From the human T2T-CHM13v2.0 reference genome, Homo sapiens, in NCBI RefSeq assembly GCF_009914755.1, contig NC_060945.1: a stretch of 64,000 nucleotides of DNA; one strand, given 5' to 3'. The notes under the pieces were generated by a model, which saw nothing but the letters and a program-made list of their open reading frames with translations, ran no database searches and was not told the DNA's origin. Of the stretch, positions 57,499 through 64,000 are shown piece after piece; positions within the stretch are counted from its first letter, which is position 1; each line of letters begins with the position of its first letter. Made by a program: the position numbers and the translations under genes.

Positions 57499-59365
57499 GA
57501 TGTCCAAGAAGATGTGAATTAAATGAGTTTGTAATCGACATTTAGATATTGGGGGAATTAATTTGTTAAATCCTTAAATTTTCTTTAATTGGTTATGTAA
57601 GTATGATGTGACTATCTAACAGAATGTAGTTGGTTTCATGTAGAAAAATAATTTCCTTGTTTAATACAAGATATGTAAATATTCATTACACCAAATAAAA
57701 CCAAATGAAATGTATGCTAGACATTTATGAATAAATCAATGAAAGAAGGAGAGACTATTGGAAAAAAAATCATCCATTGTTGTAATTTTGAATACAAATG
57801 TTGGAAGCCAATCAATGCCAACCTTTAGAACACTTATATTCCATTTTTGTCTTATTATCATTTCATTGAATCATATTTGGAACTTTAAATGTTCAGTTTG
57901 GATGATTATTCTGGTTTTTTTTTTTTTTTTTTTTGATGTGCTGTTTGAAAAGCGTGTGTGTGTGTGTGTGTGTGTGTGCAAGCGCACCTCTGTTAGTTGT
58001 GTGAGAAATGACTTTCAGGTTGAACTGTAGGTATATAAAGCATGCACTGGTGAATCGATTCTTGTTTCTGGGCTTATGAGTAGCTAGTGTGACATTTGAA
58101 AAATGACCTTAATGAGAGTTTTTCTTTTCTATGCCCTATCGTTGTATGTGACACCACAGCCCAAGGTGACGGTGTCTTCACTTCAATGCCATCTTTTGTC
58201 CCAGAGGCTATTTTTGCTTTAGTTACCCCAACTGACATTGGAATAGACCTGGTGATGTTTTATTCATGAAAGCAGATCTTGTGAATATAGCTCCCAATAC
58301 ACCAGAGAGACAAAAATATCACTACGATTGCACCTAAACTAATCTGTAGTTATGTAACAAATTGACACATAAATTAAATTTTCACTGCTAATGCCTGCTT
58401 AACTCTGTAATTATACTTTAGTTTGGAATTCTACTGAAGTAATTAGGTTAGCTGAGATTTGCTCATCAAAGATCACTGAAAGCTAGAAAGTATATGGACC
58501 TCTGTTCTTAAGCCACATGCTTCCTGCTCAGGGGAGATTTTAAAGCTATGTCCATAACTCTATGCCTATTCTTTTACATTTTACTGAATTTGATCAGCTG
58601 CTGGATACTGTTTTTTTTTTTTTTTTCTTGAGAATGTATTTATCCCGTTGTGGACATGTTCCTGTCTCCAATTCCCCCGCACTTTTCCTTTGCTCTTTAT
58701 TGAGGAGTCATCCTTGTGCTGAAGAACTTTCTGTTTTTTATATGATTGATCTTTAGGTGGTAGGGGAGCCCTCACTGAAATGTGGTTTAAAAAAAAATCA
58801 CACTCTTTCATCTTCGGTTTCATCTTCTGGAAGAAAGAAGAATTGAGCTATTTTACCAACTGTTGTGAACTATTCAAATTTCCTCTGGGGAGAAAAACCA
58901 GTTGCTTTCAAAGCTCTGAGGAGTATCAAAAAAAATGCTCCTAGGCTAAATACAGTAAATAAAAGGCAATGTGGACTTTCAAAAGACTGCTTCGGGGGCC
59001 TACAAGAAAGTTTTAGCTGGTGTGAGAATCACTGAAACCGAAACCTGTGGGAAAAAACCCAAAAAAACAAAACCAGATGAAATCAGAAAGAGTATCTATA
59101 AATTTAGCCTAAGTGCAGGGATACCTACATTCATTGTCCTGATGAAATAAAACACTGAAAGAAAATATGGGTAATCTCTTCCAGAGTTTGTGACCTTGCA
59201 AGTTAAAAATAGGATTTACTGATTTATGCATTAGATTTATTAATATGGACTTGTTCTTAACATTTGCTCTTTAATCGGTCTTTATAGGTCATTATTTTTT
59301 ACAACAGGCTCCTACCTTATCTTCTGGATTCTGGATTCACCACTTTGAATCTATTTTGTGAGCAT

Positions 59366-59389
59366 GCGCTCTCTCTCTCTCGCTCTCTG

Positions 59390-59421
<32 letters not shown>
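59366..59421. repeat. (CT)n(CA)n microsatellite
   Basis: Seen directly. Confidence 0.92.
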
Positions 59422-59422
<1 letters not shown>

Positions 59423-59439
59423 ATGAAAAAGTAACTGAA

Positions 59440-59967
59440 GACATTGTTTAAGCCTGGCAGGGGACTTCAATCATCACCTTCTAAGTGTTGTCCTCGTGTA
59501 GACTTTTTCCTCATTGGATCGGGTTTGTTCTGTGTAACCAACAGTGTGTAACAAAAGTGATGGTGTGCTCAAGAGATTAGATATTAAAAGACTGTTCTTT
59601 CCTTCCTGGGTGTACTCTTGTTCCCTCCCTCCCTCCCCACCTCCATCTTTCTCTCTCTCTCTCACTGCTTCCTCTGGGGGAAGTCAGCTACTACCTAGTG
59701 AAGACACTCAGGTAGCCTCCTGTCAAGTCACAGAGATCTCTTAACAACCATCTGAGAGAGCTTGGAAGCAGACCATTGAACCCCAGACAAGCTTTGCGAT
59801 GAGACGGCAACCCCAGCTTCCGGCTTGGCTACAGCCTAAGACACCCTGAGCCAGAACCATCCAGCTAAGCCCCTCGCAGATTCCCCACCCACGAAAATGC
59901 TGAGATGACACATAAGTATTGCTTTAAGCAGCTCAGTTTGGGATAATTTATAATATATCACTAACAT
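59440..59967 (+). mobile_element. MLT1 (F/G/H-like) LTR
   Basis: ccctgagccagaaccatccagctaagcc...gctttaagcagctcagtttgggataattt. Confidence 0.7.
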
Positions 59968-61587
59968 GGATTTCTTAAAAAAAATATCTAAAAACCTATT
60001 TTCAACTTCCTTAACATTAAAATTCTCTGCCTACTCTCATGCTCGTTCACATTTTTGTCTTACCCAGTCTGTCTAGTCTGCTTTATTATTCACCCCAGAT
60101 GAGTTCTATATACTTGCCTAGCCAGAATACTTTTTTTTTCATCTGCTTATGCCTTCATCTCCATTAATTTTATTCATATTCTTCGTTCTGGGCAAAAATA
60201 CCTATTCCTTTCATTTTACCGTACTACTTAAATAATGTCTATTCATTAAATCAACATACTTCTTGAATTCTTCCAGGAGTAACCCGGAGCACTCTAACCA
60301 CTTTGTTGTCTCACTCCATAGCAGTTAAAAATTACAGTATATAGTTAGCCTTTCAGACCGTATTTTATACTGGTCCTTAAACATTCCTCAGAGGCAATTC
60401 TATAATACTTGTCGGCTGACTGCATGCTTAACTTAATCAGGATAAGGAAAGAGCAATTCTAGTTTCCATTAAAATTGAAGTACATATATAGGAATATATA
60501 TATGCATACATACATACATACACATATACATACATATATACATATGATAATAGTCTTTATCATAAAATGTTTTCACTGTAGTTTGCAATAAATAATTATG
60601 AGCTTCTACACCACATAATACAATCCTTCAATTCAGGAATTTTTATACTCAATCTTGTATTTCCTCAGTCTAACACAGTGTCTGTCATAGACAAGTTATT
60701 CAATAGTCTTACTGAACTGGAGAGATTTGATTTTTATTGTCATTTCTTTTCCTGTCTGTGCATTAGTGAAGGTTGATAATCATGTCGAATGACAGAAGGA
60801 AATGAAGTACATTAGGAGTGCACTTAATCTACAAATTGGATCATCAATACCTACAGAATGGAGAGTAAAATATGCTCTATATTAATATACCTGCCATTGG
60901 TTTCCCAAGGACAATTGATTCATTTCACACATACCCTGGCGGTATGTGAGGCAATCCTATGCCTACCCTTTGACAAATAAAGAATATCAGGTGTTAAGTT
61001 GTATAATAATATTCACAAAACATCCATTGCCAATACCTGAAAAAATCAAAATAAAACTCATTCTTCCAGGTGCGTTACTTCTTTCCTGTGTTTCTGCTTC
61101 TACTAGAAACATGATTGGCAATATTCTTTTAGTTGCTTTTAAAATTCTTACGATGATATTCAAGGCCTTTCAGGTATGGATTCTTACCTACCATTCCAGG
61201 TTTAGCTCTCTAGTGACACTAGACCACTTTAGATTTCATTACGTGCCTTACTGATAGGATGGCCAGCATTAGCAAACAAATTCTGGCAATTTGAAAACCC
61301 AGTTAAATTTGAATTTTAAATAAACCCAGGAAAACAAAAAATGATAATGCATTGACAGTGATGATCTTGGAACAAATAAAAGCTTTCCATTTTTTATATT
61401 TTCATGGAACAGGTATATTTTGGAGAACTTAGAAGTAAGAGAATATTATTGTCTTCTGAGAATCAACAAGTAAATCAACACAAAGTAGGAAAATTTGGTT
61501 GACTGTGAAATATCAACAATAAATATTGAATGCAGGACCTGATAAAGAGTTTTCTATAATACTGTAATAATGTAATCTGTACTAACT

Positions 61588-62120
61588 CGGTAGAATATTT
61601 GATTAGCTGGAAAGCTCCTCACTGGTTCACTGTGACATAGCAGCTTTCACCTTTATTTGTTGCTCATCAGGAGTTAGTTGCACTTTTATCTACCAACCTA
61701 TTTATTATACTAATATAATTTAGCTGAACGTCGTACAAACCAATGAAACTTGAGAATGAGAGTTGTTATTTCTATGAAAACTAAAGTGAATGTTTCAAAA
61801 CTCTTCATAAAGGCAAGTTGCAAAGAAACACTGTTGAATTGGATGTGGGATTCAAAACAAAAACTGTAAAAAATTGAGAAAACAACAGCATCAACATAAA
61901 ATTTCTCAATCATTTTATATGCAGGTTGCTTTAAATGTGTATGAGTTTTCGATTCACTTTAAAAAAGCCAAAGTTAGAAATAATTGTGTGAATGAATGAA
62001 TCTTTCCAGGTTTGGAGTTTAAAAAATGTTTACAGTAAATATATATTATTTTATGCTACCATTTTAATTCAATATTTTAAATCAGTGACAAACTACTGGT
62101 CCCTTTCCATCAAGTAAGAT
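61588..62120 (+). mobile_element. Ancient Tigger-like (TcMar) fragment
   Basis: From 61756 translates MRVVISMKTKVN..., then in a shifted frame VELDVG..KTVK, resembling the CENP-B-type HTH of Tigger transposases. Confidence 0.5.
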
Positions 62121-62495
62121 ATACAAAAGTTAAAATATTTATTGATATGTTAAATATATTCAAGAATATTAATGTTGCCTAAAGAAAAAATAATATGAAC
62201 AGAAGATCCTCAATGTACATGGCAGAAGAAATTTTAATTTAATATTCTTTTATTATTTTCATTGGCAAGTTTATCCTTCCATGAAAATCAGTCCTTAAAC
62301 TTTTCCATGCTTAGGTAAGAACTTTTGATTAAGTCATCTGAATTCACTTTCCTTTGGTTATTTTTGTAAAGCAGTTGTTTATTTTGATTTTTATTTGAAT
62401 TGCTACCTAACCTATTTACCAAGATAGACTGTAGCTAAGCAGATGATGTAGATTTTTGTCCTTGGCTCTGATAACTCTTTGAAATATATTAGCCC

Positions 62496-63852
62496 ACAAT
62501 AATCAAAACAGCATGGTTCTGGTACCAGAACAGACATATAGACCAATGGAACAGAACAGAGGCCTCAGAAACAGCACCACACATTTACAACCATCTGATC
62601 TTTGACAAACCTGACACAAACAAGCAATGGGGAAAAGAATCCCTATTTAATAAACAGTGTTGGGAAAACTGGCTAGCCATATGCAGAAAACTGAAACTGG
62701 ACCCCTTCCTTACATCTTATACAAAAATCAACTCAAGATGGATTAAAGACTTAAACATAAGACCTAAAACCATAAAAATCCTAGAAGAAAACCTGGGCAA
62801 TACCATTCAGTACCTAGGCATGGGCAAAGGCTTCATGTCTAAAACACCAAAATCAATGGCAACAAAAGCCAAAATTGACAAATGGTATCTAACTAAACTA
62901 AAGAGCTTCTGCACAGCAAAAAACACTATCATCAGAGTGAACAGGCAACCTACAGAATGGGAGAAAATTTTTGCAATCTACCCATCTGACAAAGGGCTAA
63001 TATCCAGAATCTACAAAGAACTTAAACAAATTTACAAGAAAAAAACAACCCCATCAAAAAGTGGGCAAAGGATATGAACAGACACTTCTCAAAAGAAGAC
63101 ATTTATGCAGCCAACAAACATATGAAAAAATGCTCATCATCACTGGTCATTAGAGAAATGTAAATTAAAACCACAATGCAATACCATCTCACGCCACTTA
63201 GAATGGTGATCATTAAAAAGTCAGGAAACAACAGACGCTGGAGAGGATGTGGAGAAATAGGAATGCTTTTACTCTGTTGGTGGGAGTGTAAATTAATTCA
63301 ACCATTGTGGAAGACAGTGTGGTGATTCCTCAAGGATCTAGAACTAGAAATACCATTTGACCCAGCGATCCCATTACTGGGCATATACCCAAATGATTAT
63401 AAATCATTCTACTATAAAAACACATGCACACATATGTTTATTGTGGCACTGTTCACAATAGCAAAGACTTGGAACCAACCCAAATGTTCATCAATGATAG
63501 ACTAGATAAAGAAAATGTGGCACATATACACCATGGAATACTATGCAGGGACATGAATGAAGCTCAAATCATCACTCTCAGCAAACTATCACAAGAACAG
63601 AAGACCAAACTCCACATGTTCTCACTTAAAGTGGGAGGTGAACAATCAGAACACATGGACACAGGGAGGGGAACATCACACACTGGGGCTTGTCAGGAGG
63701 TGGGGGGCTAGGGGAGGGATAGAATTAGAAGAAATACCTAATGTAGGTGACAGGTTGATAGGTGCAGCAAATCACCATGGCATGTGTATACCTATGTAAC
63801 AAAACTGCACGTTCTGCACATGTACCTCAGAACTTAAAGTATAATAAAAAAA
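62496..63852 (+). mobile_element. L1PA (about PA6-8), 5'-truncated: ORF2 C-terminus and 3' UTR
   Basis: ORF2 peptide [23 protein letters not shown]; 15-bp TSD GAAATATATTAGCCC at 62481-62495 and 63853-63867. Confidence 0.97.
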
Positions 63853-64000
63853 GAAATATATTAGCCCTTGATCCCTTCACAGAAGGAAAACAGTTCCTCC
63901 AACTTCTCAACCTATCTTAAATATTTGTTTCCCAACCAATTCAGTGCCTTTATATAAATAATACAAACACAATTTCTGTTAAACTTACGTAGCTTGCTGA

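Noticed and set aside
62820-63077. Reverse-transcriptase-related CDS
   Set aside because: Frameshifted fragment of a 5'-truncated L1 ORF2; not functional.

Overview
This is primate (human/ape-like) AT-rich non-coding DNA, either intergenic or deep intronic. I find no credible host protein-coding exon, RNA gene, CpG island or processed pseudogene. The ORF track is explained by Alu, L1, MaLR, simple repeats and chance. The window is a mosaic of transposable elements: about 15 Alus or Alu fragments, several L1PA/L1M pieces, hAT and Tigger DNA transposons, many solo LTRs and one full-length THE1 provirus. Many have target-site duplications (TSDs) readable by eye. Main observations: (1) a 21-bp minisatellite (about 29 units, 34959-35562) whose origin is visible, since it grows from the end of a 132-bp copy of unique sequence from 2.3 kb upstream and mixes donor and recipient-flank bases; (2) an HERV-H solo LTR (LTR7B-like) inserted inside an AluY that itself sits in an old L1; (3) an extended CTCF motif with upstream module at 14549-14582; (4) LTR-borne regulatory motifs (STAT GAS in MER41, DUX4 in THE1, RFX X-box in an ERV1 LTR); (5) a candidate minus-strand non-coding exon with a perfect U1-complementary donor. 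I cannot support a new gene or biological system. Repeat subfamily names come from recalled consensus sequences and need RepeatMasker/Dfam confirmation. Boundaries of ancient repeats are approximate.
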